From contig MU271330.1 in the NCBI GenBank assembly GCA_021432655.1, forward strand, positions 68,955 to 90,743: DNA of 21,789 nucleotides, read 5' to 3'. The stretch comes from Atractiella rhizophila (lineage: Eukaryota). Below the pieces are notes generated by a model. The model saw only the letters and a list, made by a program, of their open reading frames with translations. It was not told where the DNA came from and did no database searches. This document shows positions 20,501-21,789 of the stretch, piece by piece. Each line of letters opens with the position of its first letter. Within the stretch, counting starts at the first letter, position 1. The position numbers and the translations under genes are program-made.

Positions 20501-21292
20501 AATTGGTGAGCGGCATAGCTGATGAGGAACAAAGCAACACGACCTTTGCACTTCTTGGCGTAATAGAATCAGCGGTGGGTTTTGATGCTGCTTTTTTCAC
20601 CTGTCAGCATGTATCAGTATTCGACTCGTGTAATGAACATGAAGGGCATGACAACGTTGGAACTACTCGAGCAGAAGCACTTTCGAGCAGTCATACGTAA
20701 TTATGATCGTAGCTCCTTCCAGCCCGACCCAAATACATAAGTTGAAGCCAATCAGCGTACCTTCGGCTTCTCCTCTTCCTTAGCCTTCCCCTTCCCTTTC
20801 CGGTCCTTCTTCTCCTTCTCCTTCTTACTCTCCTTCTCCATCTCTAACGGTGATGGCATCGACTCTTCCCGCTCCGGGGGCACATTCACCTCTACCTCCA
20901 TCTTTACAATTGGTTCTTCCTCTCCATTCCCAGACTCAAGCATCAAGCGGATCATCTCCTCGTGCTCTTCATCACGCTGGACTCGCAGGAGCTTAGGTGG
21001 AACGGGAGAGATGATATCGATGTATATGGCTGGATTGGTGTATTCTTGGGTGAGCGTTATGGGTTGAGAGGCTGAAGGAGAAGAGGCTGGAGGGGAAGGG
21101 TGGCGCATTATGTTGAAGGAGGTGCTCGGTTCTAAGGCGACAGCTGACGCTGAAGAGGACGCCAATGGTTGATTTGGTTCTACGTGCCTGCATCAGGTCA
21201 TTGAACATATCACATTCCCAAATCTCACTCAGACAATGAAAAACGCACATTGGTATACTCAAAGGTTCCTCCTCCATATTTGTGGGCTCCAT
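17561..21292 (-). CDS. SPP1: Spp1/CFP1-like COMPASS PHD-finger protein; internal region present twice in this sequence
   Basis: The upstream copy splices to VYCVCREM|YDETRLMIQCDR|CDGWFHLDCCNVDEDTVELIDLFVCPECSN|EEFHTTFRQKCLRNGCPKPREHLSKYCSDYCG (C4HC3 PHD plus SKYCS motif). The C-terminus has a coiled coil, CGFDVRL, CLLPKKKCTRHDGW and a final exon MRNLERLSNQER...LP* (17561-17719). ATG at 21292 or the next Met is inferred. Confidence 0.88.
18458..21067. repeat. Direct tandem duplication: copy A 18458-19763 (1306 bp), copy B 19764-21067 (1304 bp)
   Basis: Constant offset of 1306 up to about 19340, then two 1-nt intronic indels. Exons are nearly identical and introns more diverged. Junction ...GGGTTGA|TCTGTGCC... 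has no spacer. Confidence 0.97.
18588..18747. other. Probable consensus artefact: overlay of two sequences offset by 1 nt, resolved to the alphabetically first base
   Basis: For 18601-18700, taking the lower (A<C<G<T) of copy-B bases i+1306 and i+1307 reproduces 97 of 100 bases by hand comparison. Confidence 0.92.
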
Positions 21293-21641
21293 TCTGGATT
21301 ATATTTGAAGCCAACAACAGAATCACAGAATTTCACTACCAGTCCAGTCCTTTGTTTGTGTAATTCCTAATGCTCCAGAAAACAGAAGTGCACCTTGAGA
21401 ATACCTTTGGAGACGCAGAACGGCCCAAGGTTATATGTCAAGTTGTTTTGTGGTTTTGTGGGAGCGAAATGCGAAATGCCTGGTCACGTGCGTCAAAACT
21501 TTCGGAACCTTGATTGCCACCTTGGACATGTCAACTCGAATTCTCGAATATCAAGGAACAAACGACGACCATAAAACCCTACAACCCTGATAACAACATC
21601 CATTTGGAACATTACAATCCTAAGTGTTAGCCAATACAACG

Positions 21642-21779
21642 ATGCAACAGTACAGGAATCCGAACTATATGGAGAAGAAGCGGAAGTTACAGCCTAAGGT
21701 AGTGAATCATCAGAGTCCCAGTCGCCCACTGGCAAGACGAGGATCGAAGGCTGGGGGACACGCGAAATGGACAGGAAAG
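21642..21779 (+). CDS. Possible first exon of a divergently transcribed gene continuing beyond the window
   Basis: ATG-started 46-codon open frame ending at AAG|GTGAGT (21780). No recognisable motif; frame and start are uncertain. Confidence 0.25.
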
Positions 21780-21789
21780 GTGAGTCTCT

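Noticed and set aside
1..21789. Transposon, CRISPR array or prokaryotic operon
   Set aside because: No transposase, RT or integrase motifs, terminal repeats or repeat-spacer arrays were seen; the genes are intron-rich and eukaryotic.

Overview
Eukaryotic, gene-dense genomic DNA with many short (about 44-60 nt) spliceosomal introns, most consistent with a basidiomycete-type fungus. Left to right: 3' end of an unidentified gene; RNA polymerase III subunit Rpc5/Rpc37 (-); a hypothetical protein ending in a divergent forkhead-like domain (-); a fused pseudouridine-5'-phosphate glycosidase/PfkB kinase (-) with an in-frame 363-bp internal tandem duplication; an APH-like phosphotransferase lacking the DWE aspartate (+); an atypical intron-containing tRNA-like gene with a GAG anticodon but non-leucine body (-); CLU1/TIF31 (+); a roughly 19-intron allantoate/nicotinate-type MFS transporter with 6- and 7-nt microexons (+); and an Spp1/CFP1-like PHD protein (-) with a 1.3-kb in-frame internal tandem duplication. 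The A-rich stretch at about 18588-18747 looks like hypermutation. It is almost exactly reproduced by overlaying the other repeat copy on itself shifted by one base and taking the alphabetically first base, so it is very probably a consensus/ambiguity-code artefact. This also casts doubt on whether the two duplications are real. The best candidate for new biology is the tRNA-like gene. All gene models were spliced by eye and family calls rest on recognised motifs, not database searches.
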